NCBI GenBank assembly: GCA_964453525.1
Contig: CAYVOV010000023.1
Span: forward strand, 262 to 64,261
DNA length: 64,000 nt
Direction of reading: 5' to 3'
Origin: an uncultured Dehalococcoidales bacterium
GTDB lineage: Bacteria; Chloroflexota; Dehalococcoidia; Dehalococcoidales; UBA2162
The notes beneath the pieces are model-generated. The model worked only from the letters and a program-made list of their open reading frames with translations. It did no database searches and was not told the DNA's origin. Positions 25,794 to 35,403 of this stretch are shown piece after piece; within the stretch, counting starts at the first letter, position 1, and every line of letters begins with the position of its first letter. The position numbers were made by a program, and so were the translations under genes.

Positions 25794-26748
25794 AGAGATG
25801 GATATTACAGGTATTACATCTAGAAAAATATTTTTACCGGTGTTATCCGGCATAATCCTGGTTCTGCTGGCTACTCTACCTCTCTATGCTCCGGGCTATA
25901 CTCCCATACTGCTGACCAGCATCTATATGTATATCATCCTTTCGGTGAGCTGGGATATGTTTTCCGGTCCTACCGGTTATATGTCTCTTGCGACAGCCGC
26001 CTTCTTCGGAGTAGGTATATATCTAGCAGCTTTTCTGGGAGATTTAGTACCCCTGCCGGTCTTTATGGTTGCCGGTGGTCTGGCCAGTTCGGTTGTCGCC
26101 CTCCTTGTCGGTGCTTTAACCCTCAGGTTGAGAGGTATATATTTTGCCATCTTCACCTTCGGACTCGTTATGCTCATTGCACAACTTCTTATGTTCTGGG
26201 AGCTCCACGTAATAGGTATACGCGGTCGCTTTGTTGTCGTCATAGATTACAACACTATTTATTACGCCATGTTCGCTGTTCTTGTGGTGCTGATGATTAC
26301 CGTCTATCTTGTCAGGCGCTCAAGGTGGGGATTAGCCCTGCAGAGTATCGGTGAGAATGAAGAAGCGGCGGCTCACATCGGTATAAACATAACAATGGTA
26401 AAGGTTATCAGCTTTGCGCTGAGTGCATTCTTCATTGGGGCCGCCGGAGCAACTATAGCCACAAGATGGACATATATCGACCCGGGCATAGCATTTAATC
26501 CGCTGTTTTCTTTTCTGCCGGTCCTGATGGCTATCTTTGGAGGTGTGGGAAGGATTTCCGGTCCGGTAATAGGGGCGATTATTTTCGCCTACCTGCAGGA
26601 AATTCTTATTACAAGGTTTTCAGAACTATATATGCTCATTTTCGGTATAATATTGATAATTGCTATCTTATATCTGCCCGGTGGGCTGGTGGGCTTGATA
26701 CAAAAACTTTGGACAGAGGTATCGGGAGAGAAAAATGCCAATACTTGA
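25783..26748 (+). CDS. livM: ABC permease (LivM family)
   Basis: Multi-TM protein; the start may be the ATG at 25798. Confidence 0.75.
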   Translation: MESKEMDITGITSRKIFLPVLSGIILVLLATLPLYAPGYTPILLTSIYMYIILSVSWDMFSGPTGYMSLATAAFFGVGIYLAAFLGDLVPLPVFMVAGGLASSVVALLVGALTLRLRGIYFAIFTFGLVMLIAQLLMFWELHVIGIRGRFVVVIDYNTIYYAMFAVLVVLMITVYLVRRSRWGLALQSIGENEEAAAHIGINITMVKVISFALSAFFIGAAGATIATRWTYIDPGIAFNPLFSFLPVLMAIFGGVGRISGPVIGAIIFAYLQEILITRFSELYMLIFGIILIIAILYLPGGLVGLIQKLWTEVSGEKNANT

Positions 26749-27472
26749 AGGTGAGGGAGTCACCAAATATTTCGGGGGACTGGCTGCGGTACTTGATGTG
26801 GACTTTCATGTCGACCAGGGTGAAGTCGTTGGTCTGATAGGCCCCAATGGAGCCGGAAAGACAACGCTGTTTAATTTGATATCGGCGTCTCTTGTTCCCA
26901 AACCGGGCATTATCAGATTCAAAGGCGAAAATATTACCGGTAAGAAGCCGTATCAAATTTGCCGGATGGGTATTGCCAGGACCTTTCAAACGGTGAAAGT
27001 ATTTGCCAATATGTCAGCTTTCCAGAATGTTCTAGCAGGCTCATTTTTTGGAACAGCCGCCAGAGTATCACCATCGGAAGCTGCCAGAGGAGTTACGGAA
27101 GCGCTTGAATTCGTCGGATTATCCGAAATTGCGGCCACTCCGGCTAAAGACCTTACTCTGGCAAACCAGAAGCGACTTGAAGTCGCCAGGGCGCTGGCAA
27201 CCAGGCCGGAACTATTGCTGCTGGACGAGTTGATGGCAGGGCTAAACGCCGTTGAAACATCCGAGGCGATGGAACTTGTCCAGAAGATTAGAGACCGGGA
27301 TATTACCGTTATTATGGTTGAACATGTCATGAAAGCAATTATGGGGGTATGCAGCCGGATTATGGTACTCCACCACGGTGAGAAAATAGCTGAAGGAACG
27401 CCGCAGGAAATTGCCAGCAGCGAAAGGGTTATTGAAGTATATTTAGGAGAGCAGGTTGATGCTGAATATTGA
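26735..27472 (+). CDS. livG: ABC ATPase (LivG family)
   Basis: Walker A GPNGAGKTT, signature region, LLLDE Walker B. Confidence 0.85.
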   Translation: MPILEGEGVTKYFGGLAAVLDVDFHVDQGEVVGLIGPNGAGKTTLFNLISASLVPKPGIIRFKGENITGKKPYQICRMGIARTFQTVKVFANMSAFQNVLAGSFFGTAARVSPSEAARGVTEALEFVGLSEIAATPAKDLTLANQKRLEVARALATRPELLLLDELMAGLNAVETSEAMELVQKIRDRDITVIMVEHVMKAIMGVCSRIMVLHHGEKIAEGTPQEIASSERVIEVYLGEQVDAEY

Positions 27473-28163
27473 AAACTTATCCACTTTCTACGGCAGGATT
27501 CAGGCGCTATGGGATGTATCATTAACAGTGGAGGAAGGTGAAATATTTGCCCTTGTCGGTGCCAACGGGGCCGGTAAATCGACACTGCTTCGTACCATAT
27601 CCGGTTTGATTCGTCCCGCCTCCGGTAGCATCACGTTCCTCGGACAGAGGATAGATAACTTATCACCGTACACAATTGTAGAACTGGGAATTTCTCACAT
27701 ACCCGAGGGCAGGAGACTTTTTACGGACATGTCAGTGCGTGAAAACCTTGAGATAGGGGCCTATCTCAGCCGGGCCTGGGGCAAGAGACGTCAAACACTT
27801 GAAAAAATATATGATACATTTCCCATATTGAAAGAGAGGGCGGGACAATTAGCCAAGACTTTGAGCGGCGGTGAGCAGCAGATGCTGGCAATGGGCCGGG
27901 GGCTTATGTCACAGCCGAGATTGTGCATTATTGATGAGCCGTCAAATGGTCTGGCACCGAGGCTGGTTTTAGAAGTATTTCAAATAATAAAAACGCTACG
28001 TGACCAGGGAATCACCATCCTGCTGGTCGAGCAAAACGTGCGCCATACCCTTGAGATAGCTGACCGTGCCTGCGTACTGGAAAACGGCCGGGTGGCTCTG
28101 GACGGTACCTGTGATATACTCCTTGAGAGTGACCATGTGAGGAAGTCCTACCTGGGATTATAA
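27456..28163 (+). CDS. livF: ABC ATPase (LivF family)
   Basis: GANGAGKST, LSGGEQQML, IIDEPS. Confidence 0.85.
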   Translation: MMLNIENLSTFYGRIQALWDVSLTVEEGEIFALVGANGAGKSTLLRTISGLIRPASGSITFLGQRIDNLSPYTIVELGISHIPEGRRLFTDMSVRENLEIGAYLSRAWGKRRQTLEKIYDTFPILKERAGQLAKTLSGGEQQMLAMGRGLMSQPRLCIIDEPSNGLAPRLVLEVFQIIKTLRDQGITILLVEQNVRHTLEIADRACVLENGRVALDGTCDILLESDHVRKSYLGL

Positions 28164-28298
28164 CCTGATTGTTACATTACTTGTTTAAGAAAGTGCAGGA
28201 TAATAAGCAGCAGATTTGAGGAGGTGTTGGATGAGACTATGGTACTGGTAAAGTCGTTAGACTAAACAGCCCGACTCGGATTAAGGAGGTATAGTAAT

Positions 28299-28928
28299 AT
28301 GGCTGAAGACCTGGTTAATGTACTGGCTGACTTAAAAGAAGAAGAGGCTCTCCAGATTGTTGAAAAAAGGTTGAGTGCCGGTGAAGACCCGCTTGGTATT
28401 TTGAATGATGCCAGGAAAGCACTGGAAATCGTGGGTAATCGCTTTGCCGATAGTACGTATTTTATCCCGGACCTTGTTTACTCCGGCGAAATACTCAAGG
28501 CAATAACCGAACTGGTGAAACCCAAGATGGCCAAGGACGCAGAGATTAAACGGGTGGGCAAAGTGGTAATCGGCACTGTTGCCGGGGATATACATGATAT
28601 CGGCAAGAACATCGTTGCCTTTATGCTTGATGTTAACGGTTTTGAGGTATACGACCTCGGTGTGGATGTTCCTGCACAGGATTTTGTGAACAAAATAAAG
28701 GAGAGCGATGCCCCTATCGTCGGTTTAAGCGGATTTTTGACCCTGGCATATGAGTCTATGAAACAGACCATCGAGGCGATAAAAGGTGCCGGACTGAGGG
28801 ACAAGGTAAAGGTTATGGTCGGCGGCGGCCAGGTTACCGAGGAGGTAAGGAAATTCACCGGCGCTGATGCCTATGGCAAAGATGCCATGACCGGAGTTAA
28901 CCTGGCCAAAAAATGGATTGGTGCTTAA
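28299..28928 (+). CDS. Cobalamin-binding corrinoid protein (MtmC/MtbC/MtaC-like)
   Basis: B12-binding cap helix bundle plus Rossmann domain with the DxHxxG motif (GDIHDIGKN). Confidence 0.85.
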   Translation: MAEDLVNVLADLKEEEALQIVEKRLSAGEDPLGILNDARKALEIVGNRFADSTYFIPDLVYSGEILKAITELVKPKMAKDAEIKRVGKVVIGTVAGDIHDIGKNIVAFMLDVNGFEVYDLGVDVPAQDFVNKIKESDAPIVGLSGFLTLAYESMKQTIEAIKGAGLRDKVKVMVGGGQVTEEVRKFTGADAYGKDAMTGVNLAKKWIGA

Positions 28929-28966
28929 CAGGCGCCTTCAACTGAAAATTTTCAGGAGGTAATGAA

Positions 28967-30304
28967 ATGGAGAAGCAATGGGAAGAGATGACAGCGGATG
29001 AAAAGCAGGAGGCGCGGTTTGAGAAGTGGCTTTCGCCGGAGGGTGTGGAGTATGCCAGCCCCGAAGTGGAGAAGCTGTATAAGGAGAGGGCAACCAGGAT
29101 AAAAGATGCCATGCAGATGAAGAAAGTGCCGGACCGGGTGCCGGTCTTGCTGATTCCCAGCTTTTTCCCGGCTTTTTATTCCGGGCTGACCCCTCTTGAC
29201 GTAATGTATGACTATGAAAAAGCCAATGCGGCCTGGAAAAAATTCTATGTTGACTTTGAACCGGATGCGCACTTCGGCTGCGTGGCGCCCGGGCCGGGGA
29301 AGTTCTTTGATATTCTTGACTACAAATTATACCGGTATCCCGGTCATGGGGTAGCGCCTGAATCTACTTACCAGTGCATCGAGGGCGAATATATGAAGGC
29401 GGATGAATATGATGCCTTTTTACAGGACCCTTCCTATTTCTTCAACAACACTATTCTGCCGCGTATATTCGGAGCCCTTGAGCCGTTCAGTCAGTTACCT
29501 AACCTCACCACAATTAATGAAATGTACGGGACTGGTATTATTTTCTTCCCCTATGGTCTGCCAGATGTCCAGGCTGCCTTCAAAGCCCTCATGGATGCCG
29601 GGAGTGAAGCCATGAAATGGCTGGGTTATTTCATGGCTTTTAGCAAGGAAATTACAGAAGCAGGATTTCCCTCAGGTCAAGCCGGATATACAAAAGCGCC
29701 TTATGATATACTCGGTGACACCCTCAGAGGTTCCACCGGAATAATGACTGATATGTACCGGCAGCCTGAAAAGCTCATCGAAGCCATGGACAAAATGACG
29801 CCGTTCTGGATTCAGAAAGGCATAATCGAGGCGAACATGAACGCAAATCCTATAATATTCCTCCCGCTGCATAAAGGTGCCGATGGCTTTATGTCCGATG
29901 AGCAGTATAAGACCTTCTACTGGCCCTATCTAAAAAAGATACTCCTCGGCTTGATTGACGATGGAGTTATGCCATTTATGTGGGCTGAGGGAGGCTCTAA
30001 CTCACGGCTGGAGGTTATCAGAGACCTGCCGAAAGGCAAGACGGTCTGGTTGTTCGACGAAGTGGACATGGTCAGAGCCAAAGAAGTACTGGGCGACGTT
30101 GCCTGTATCGCCGGTAACATGCCCATGGACCTGCTGACTATCGGCACTGTTGACCAGGTGAAAGAATACGCCAAGAAGCTTATTGATAACTGCGGCAAAG
30201 GCGGCGGCTATATCATGGCGAACTGCGCCTTCTTTGACGATGTCAAGCCGGAAAATGTCAGGGCTATGGTGGAATTCACCAAGGAATACGGCGTATACAA
30301 GTAA
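28967..30304 (+). CDS. Uroporphyrinogen-decarboxylase-like (MtaA/CmuA superfamily) methyltransferase, 445 aa
   Basis: Position directly after the corrinoid protein, TIM-barrel-like length and pattern. The canonical MtaA H-x-C zinc motif is not evident (LPLHKGADG). Confidence 0.55.
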   Translation: MEKQWEEMTADEKQEARFEKWLSPEGVEYASPEVEKLYKERATRIKDAMQMKKVPDRVPVLLIPSFFPAFYSGLTPLDVMYDYEKANAAWKKFYVDFEPDAHFGCVAPGPGKFFDILDYKLYRYPGHGVAPESTYQCIEGEYMKADEYDAFLQDPSYFFNNTILPRIFGALEPFSQLPNLTTINEMYGTGIIFFPYGLPDVQAAFKALMDAGSEAMKWLGYFMAFSKEITEAGFPSGQAGYTKAPYDILGDTLRGSTGIMTDMYRQPEKLIEAMDKMTPFWIQKGIIEANMNANPIIFLPLHKGADGFMSDEQYKTFYWPYLKKILLGLIDDGVMPFMWAEGGSNSRLEVIRDLPKGKTVWLFDEVDMVRAKEVLGDVACIAGNMPMDLLTIGTVDQVKEYAKKLIDNCGKGGGYIMANCAFFDDVKPENVRAMVEFTKEYGVYK

Positions 30305-30334
30305 ATATTTTTATAAAGGCGGGTGATTATTCCG

Positions 30335-30375
30335 GAGTCAAACAGGGGGAGCAATACGCTCCCCCTGTTTGACTC
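30335..30375. terminator. Bidirectional terminator between convergent genes
   Basis: 16-bp perfect stem GAGTCAAACAGGGGGA / TCCCCCTGTTTGACTC with a 9-nt loop. Confidence 0.65.
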
Positions 30376-30441
30376 CCCCTTTTCCCTCCTTCCACTCTGG
30401 TCGGGGAGAGGATTCGTCATGGCAGTTTAATTACCCATTGG

Positions 30442-31044
30442 CTATCCACGAAGCTTAACCATCAGCTTTTTTACCTGTGGAATACGTACTATCAGTAGTA
30501 GAGCTACTACCCCGCTGAAAACCAGTGGTATACGGATGTCCGCTTTTTCCTGCATGGTAAAATGGATTACTGCCAGCAGAGCTGCCGGATACACCAGCAT
30601 GTGTAACCGGCGCCATTTTCTTCCCAGACGCTGAATCCACCATTTGGTGGATGTTATTGCTAAAGGCAGCAGCAGAAGGAATGTAGCAAGACCTACCAGA
30701 GCGTAAGGCTTCTCCAGGGTATCCTCTCGAATCAAATAGAAATCAAAGCCATAATCGATGGCAATGAAATTAAGAACGTGCAGGCCGGCATATAAAAATG
30801 AGTAAAGACCCAGCGTGCGCCGAAGCTCGTTTATTACTTTTTTCCTGAATATTGCATTAACGGGGGTGACGGCTAAAGTGAGCACCAGTAAAATCAATGC
30901 GTAGAGCCCGGTCCGGAGCTGGATTTCCCTTATCGGGTTTGCAGTCAGCTGGTTCTGGGTAAAATCCCATAACATCACTGCCAGAGGTAACAGTGCCAGA
31001 ATGTGGGTAAGGAGGTGTGGCCAGTACCTCCTCAGTATAGCCAT
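30442..31044 (-). CDS. msrQ: Protein-methionine-sulfoxide reductase heme-binding subunit
   Basis: YedZ-like 6-TM ferric-reductase domain with conserved His; ATGA overlap with msrP. Confidence 0.75.
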   Translation of the reverse strand: MAILRRYWPHLLTHILALLPLAVMLWDFTQNQLTANPIREIQLRTGLYALILLVLTLAVTPVNAIFRKKVINELRRTLGLYSFLYAGLHVLNFIAIDYGFDFYLIREDTLEKPYALVGLATFLLLLPLAITSTKWWIQRLGRKWRRLHMLVYPAALLAVIHFTMQEKADIRIPLVFSGVVALLLIVRIPQVKKLMVKLRG

Positions 31045-31952
31045 CAGAAATTTACCCTCAGGTCCATACCTTCGTACAGGTGAGCCACCTCTTCGGCATA
31101 GCCGTTAAATAAGAGGGTTCTTCGGCGACCGGTTTCTCCGATTCGCCGCTCGCTCGATTGAGACCATCGGGGATGAGGTACATCCGGATTCACATTTGAA
31201 TAAAATCCGTACTCATGCGGGGCAACTGCCATCCAGAGGGAGACAGGCATCTCTTCAACCAGGTCTATCCTGACAATTGATTTTATACCCTTGAAACCAT
31301 ATTTCCAGGGAACAACCAGACGCAGCGGTGCTCCATTTTGAGGTAATATAGGCTTTCCATAAATGCCGGTGGCAAGTATCGTTAGCTCATGCATGGCCTC
31401 ATCCAGACGCAGACCCTCTACATACGGCCAGTTATACAGAGAATCCTTCTGGCCGGGCATCTGCTCCGGGTCATAGAGTGTCTCAAACCGGACGTATTTG
31501 GCTCTGGAGGTCGGTTCCACCTCTTTTAGCAGCCCGGAGAGAGGAAATCCCATCCAGGGGATAACCATAGACCAGGCTTCCACGCAACGCATGCGATATA
31601 TTCGCTCCTCAGGAGGGAATTTTTTCAGCAGGTCGTCTATGTCAAAGGTCTGCGGTTTATTCACCAGTCCGCCCACCTCTACTGTCCAGGGTGAGACTTT
31701 AAAATCGCGGGCGAGGGCGGCTACGCCCTCTTTGCTGGTGGTGAACTCATAGTAGTTATTGTAATTGATTATTGAATCATAGGGTGTCAAATAGTCTTCG
31801 AGTTCTTCCGGTGGAGGAGGAGTAGAGTCGTCCGGGCGGCATGCCCTCAGCAGAAGAGCACTTGCGGCGAGTGCTCCGATACCAAAAATGAATTTACGTC
31901 GGGAAATGTAGAGATGTTCCGGCGTAATTTCAGACGGATCAATATCAACCAT
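31044..31952 (-). CDS. msrP: Protein-methionine-sulfoxide reductase catalytic (molybdopterin) subunit
   Basis: Tat-like [14 protein letters not shown] signal; [14 protein letters not shown]...[14 protein letters not shown]; YGFKGIKSI. Confidence 0.85.
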   Translation of the reverse strand: MVDIDPSEITPEHLYISRRKFIFGIGALAASALLLRACRPDDSTPPPPEELEDYLTPYDSIINYNNYYEFTTSKEGVAALARDFKVSPWTVEVGGLVNKPQTFDIDDLLKKFPPEERIYRMRCVEAWSMVIPWMGFPLSGLLKEVEPTSRAKYVRFETLYDPEQMPGQKDSLYNWPYVEGLRLDEAMHELTILATGIYGKPILPQNGAPLRLVVPWKYGFKGIKSIVRIDLVEEMPVSLWMAVAPHEYGFYSNVNPDVPHPRWSQSSERRIGETGRRRTLLFNGYAEEVAHLYEGMDLRVNF

Positions 31953-32064
31953 TTGTCTTCCGTCCAGACTCGAAATTTACTGTTAATTTAAGTTTAACCG
32001 AATCAGCATTACTTTACAAACACGTCTGGCGGATGACGCCTTAAAACTACCATGCTATAAAACG

Positions 32065-32141
32065 TGGTCGGGGCGGCCGGATTTGAACCGGCGACCACCT
32101 GAACCCCATTCAGGTGCGCTACCTGGCTGCGCTACGCCCCG
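32065..32141 (-). tRNA. tRNA-Pro (anticodon GGG), CCA encoded
   Basis: Manual cloverleaf: acceptor CGGGGCG/CGCCCCG, D stem GCGC/GCGC, anticodon stem CCTGA/TCAGG with loop AT-GGG-GT, T arm GCCGG-TTCAAAT-CCGGC, 3' ACCA. Confidence 0.9.
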
Positions 32142-32821
32142 TCATTACCAATAACTATTCAGTTTTCCGTGCTATCAGGCATTCTCATTTTCATACATTA
32201 AGGGTGTGCTAGTCAAGCCGACCTTAATATTACGTTCACTCTGATACAGAATTTATCCCCGGACAAGTTGTTACTTCCTATTAAACCCCTCCCCCATTTA
32301 TATCTATACTCGCCCTCCGCCCTATGATGAAGTCTATGAGGGGGCTATGCCCCCTCATAGACTCCCCCGTTCTTATTTGTCCGAAGGTTTCATGTCTGTG
32401 AAACGCTTCATCGTCAACCGAGTTTCGCAATTCTTTCCACATCAGAGTATTCCTGCTCTTTAGCTAAAGCACCTCAGATGGTTCCTGTCGAAGTGCTTTT
32501 AAGACAGGTCTGTATCTTCATCAAAGAAAGATTTCGTCAGCCTAACAGACCTTTTTTGAAGTACCTCCTTTCCTTGCTAAGGAGAAGGGTTCACCCTGAA
32601 GGGGTACTTCGGAACCGGGGATGAGGCTTAAATTGAGAAATAGGCGATGACTTTATGCGATGAGAGTAATAACCAGGGGTGAGGATAAAAGGAAGGATGA
32701 AAAACTCCCCTCCTTCATAAATTTCTATAATGGAAAACTTGCCTGATTATTGATAGAATCTTTAATAAGGAATAGTATTACGTTTCACCTGGATCACCGG
32801 TACTGCAATCTGAAGGCTAAG

Positions 32822-33481
32822 ATGATAAGGCAGAATACCATTGATATATTAAGCGAACTTCCGGAGGGAGTCCAGCTTGTTGCCGCTGCCAAGACGAGGC
32901 AGCCGGAAGAAATCCTGGAGGCAATCGAAGCTGGAGTAAGAATCATCGGTGAGAACTATGTCCAGGAAGCCGAAAAAGCTCGTGAAGTAATAGGCGAGAG
33001 AGCGGAATGGCATATGATAGGTCACCTGCAAAAGAACAAGGTGAAAAAGGCGGTGGCGGTATTCGATATGATTGAAACCGTCGATTCTGCTGAACTCGCC
33101 GCAGAAATCGATAAAAGATGCGCCGGGATTGGTAAAATTATGCCGGCGCTAGTCGAGATTAACAGCGGACGGGAAAAGCAGAAAACAGGCGTCATGCCGG
33201 AGGACGCTGAGCCATTGGTCAGGGAGATTTCAACCCTGCCGAACATCAGGGTAATGGGGCTGATGACAATGGGACCCCGCTCCGGCGACCCCGAAAATTC
33301 CAGGCCCTATTTTGTAGAGACAAGGAAAATATTTGATAGTATCAAGCAACTTAATCTACCCGGCGTCCAAATGAAGTACCTGTCAATGGGAATGACCAAT
33401 TCGTACCGGATTGCCATCGAAGAGGGCGCCAATATGGTGAGACTGGGAAGCAGGATATTCGGCGAGAGGGACAATTCATAG
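32822..33481 (+). CDS. yggS: YggS-family pyridoxal-phosphate homeostasis protein
   Basis: ATG at 32822; LVAAAKTR, IIGENYVQEA, WHMIGHLQKNKVK, LSMGMTNSY. Confidence 0.85.
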   Translation: MIRQNTIDILSELPEGVQLVAAAKTRQPEEILEAIEAGVRIIGENYVQEAEKAREVIGERAEWHMIGHLQKNKVKKAVAVFDMIETVDSAELAAEIDKRCAGIGKIMPALVEINSGREKQKTGVMPEDAEPLVREISTLPNIRVMGLMTMGPRSGDPENSRPYFVETRKIFDSIKQLNLPGVQMKYLSMGMTNSYRIAIEEGANMVRLGSRIFGERDNS

Positions 33482-33543
33482 CCGATAATATCAGATTATG
33501 ATACTGCTTAACATAACGCTTTTTATACCGTGAAGGAGAACAA

Positions 33544-34188
33544 ATGCCGGCCATCATTTCTGTAGTAGGTAATTCAAATTCGGGAAAAACAACCCTGATA
33601 GAAAGGCTTGTTCACGAACTGAAATCGAGGAACTACCGGATTGCCACGGTAAAGCACACCCCGCAGGAAGCGACCCTTGACGCACCGGGCAAGGACAGCT
33701 GGCGCCACCTTCAGGCGGGCAGCGACGCCACGGCTGTCGGCTCGCGGGAAGGAGTAATGCTCATTAAGCCGGTCACCTCGGGCACAATTCTCGATGAGAT
33801 TGTCCAGCTATTCGGAGAGGACTACGATATCGTAATTGTCGAGGGTTTCAAGCAGAGTGACACTCCCAAGATAGAAGTCCACCGCCCGGAGACCGGCCCG
33901 CTGATTAAGGACCTGAAGAATCTGGTAGCCATCGCTTCAAGCGAACCGCTTGAAACCGGGATAAGGCAGTTTTCTCTTGAAGACACGAAGGGAATTGCCG
34001 ATTTCATCGAAGAGGATTTCATCAAACCACAGGGCGACCGCCTTTCCCTGTACGTAAATGGTGAGCCGGTTTCATTAAGCATTTTCCCGAAGGAAATCAT
34101 CACCAATATACTGCTGGCAATGGCGAACTCGCTTAAGGGCGTGGGCAAGATATCCAGCATCAAGGCTTTCCTGAAGAAGAAAGAGTAG
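33544..34188 (+). CDS. mobB: Molybdopterin-guanine dinucleotide biosynthesis adapter MobB with a C-terminal extension
   Basis: VVGNSNSGKTTLIERL P-loop, VKH, IVIVEGFK. Confidence 0.75.
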   Translation: MPAIISVVGNSNSGKTTLIERLVHELKSRNYRIATVKHTPQEATLDAPGKDSWRHLQAGSDATAVGSREGVMLIKPVTSGTILDEIVQLFGEDYDIVIVEGFKQSDTPKIEVHRPETGPLIKDLKNLVAIASSEPLETGIRQFSLEDTKGIADFIEEDFIKPQGDRLSLYVNGEPVSLSIFPKEIITNILLAMANSLKGVGKISSIKAFLKKKE

Positions 34189-34203
34189 TCCGGAGACGTA
34201 ACG

Positions 34204-35190
34204 ATGAACAGAGAAGCCCCCGGACGCAGGTATCTGGTAGAAGAATACCGGTCCAGAATAAACCGGGTAATCGACTATATCGAAGCCAATATTGACAGAA
34301 GCCTGTCTCTTTCGGAACTGGCTGATATCGCCCATTTCTCCCGATTTCACTTCCACCGCATCTTCAGGGCAATGGTGGGAGAGACCCTGAACGGCTTCAT
34401 TCAGAGAATCCGCCTTGAAAAAGCGGCTGCCAGGCTCACTGCCAATCCGAAGAAATCGATTACTGAAATCGCCTTCGAATGCGGGTTCTCCAGTCTCTCT
34501 GTATTTGCCCGGGCATTCAGAGAGACCTTCGGGATGAGCGCCAGCGACTGGCGTTCCGGCGGATACCGGCAGCACAGCAAGAGCGGCAAAGCGGACGGCA
34601 AAGAAAAGCAAGCGGTCGGCAAGAAACCGCAAGACTTCAATATCTACCCGTCCTATACTCAGGGTAAACAGTTATGGAGGGTAGAAATGAAAGACGGAAA
34701 ACTCAAAACGGAAGTGGAAGTCAGGGAAATGCCGGAGATGACCGTCGCTTACGTCAGGCACATCGGTCCCTACAAGGGAAACGAGGAGTTGTTCGGTAAT
34801 ATGTTCAACCGGTTGATGACCTGGGCAGGACCGCGCGGACTGCTGAATTTCCCGGAAACGAAGATACTGACGGTATACTATGACGACCCCGACCTTACCG
34901 ATGAAAGCAAGCACCGGGTGGACGCCTGCATAACGGTACCGGCGGATACCAAAGTGGAGGGGGAAGTAGGGAAAACGACCATCCCGGCGGGCAGGTACGC
35001 CGTAGCCTACTTCGAGATAAGTCCCGACCAGTACCAGGAAGCCTGGGATTCCGTTTTCAGCGGCTGGCTGCCCGACAGCGGCTACCAGCCGGAGGACGGC
35101 CCCTGCTACGAACTTTACCCCGGCAATATGGAAGACTACTCCAAGGGCAGGCACGTGGTGGATATCTGCGTGCCGGTGAAACCCTTTTAA
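34204..35190 (+). CDS. AraC-family regulator fused to a GyrI-like effector-binding domain
   Basis: N-terminal dual HTH (LSELADIAHFSRFHFHRIF..., ITEIAFECGFSSLSVFARAF) plus a GyrI-like C-terminal half. Confidence 0.8.
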   Translation: MNREAPGRRYLVEEYRSRINRVIDYIEANIDRSLSLSELADIAHFSRFHFHRIFRAMVGETLNGFIQRIRLEKAAARLTANPKKSITEIAFECGFSSLSVFARAFRETFGMSASDWRSGGYRQHSKSGKADGKEKQAVGKKPQDFNIYPSYTQGKQLWRVEMKDGKLKTEVEVREMPEMTVAYVRHIGPYKGNEELFGNMFNRLMTWAGPRGLLNFPETKILTVYYDDPDLTDESKHRVDACITVPADTKVEGEVGKTTIPAGRYAVAYFEISPDQYQEAWDSVFSGWLPDSGYQPEDGPCYELYPGNMEDYSKGRHVVDICVPVKPF

Positions 35191-35257
35191 ACAAAATGGA
35201 GCATCAGAAAAGTAATTGTTACCTTTGAGAAAGGGGAGTCTTTACTTAATAATCCAT

Positions 35258-35385
35258 GTCACCCTGAGCACATTCGCTCCGCTCAGTGTAAACTCCGAGA
35301 AGGGTCTCGGGGTGGTGGGAAATATACATTGCCTTCCCAGCTTCGAGATCCTTCGTCACTTAGTTCCTCAGAATGACATTTGAGG
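35258..35385 (-). repeat. Family A-related degenerate repeat (copy 5)
   Basis: GTCACCCTGAGCACATTCGCTCCGCTCAGTGTAAACTCCG.GAAGGGTCTC matches the right half of family A. The second hairpin ends ...CTCAGAATGAC but has a different core. Confidence 0.65.
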
Positions 35386-35403
35386 TAAAGCTAGGCTGTA
35401 ACT

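Noticed and set aside
26986-27585. 199-aa ORF on the minus strand
   Set aside because: It is antisense to livG/livF, which carry Walker motifs. It is a low-complexity S/A/I-rich translation.
28164-28298. Cobalamin riboswitch upstream of the corrinoid protein gene
   Set aside because: Only 135 nt are available and no B12-box-like core could be found by eye.
28967-30304. In-frame TAG (pyrrolysine) in the methyltransferase, or TGA (selenocysteine) in the molybdoenzyme at 59756-62053
   Set aside because: Both ORFs are uninterrupted and full length. There is no recoding signal to explain.
32750-32821. 5' extensions of yggS (32750), pyrF (45752), lysA (49814), hsp20 (9140), cupin (8558) and Rrf2 (20224) in the ORF track
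   Set aside because: Internal starts have good SD sequences and reproduce the usual family N-termini. The extensions lack similarity and overlap promoter or repeat DNA.
34075-35154. Two long minus-strand ORFs (185 aa and 160 aa)
   Set aside because: They are antisense to the AraC/GyrI gene, whose HTH motifs are unambiguous.
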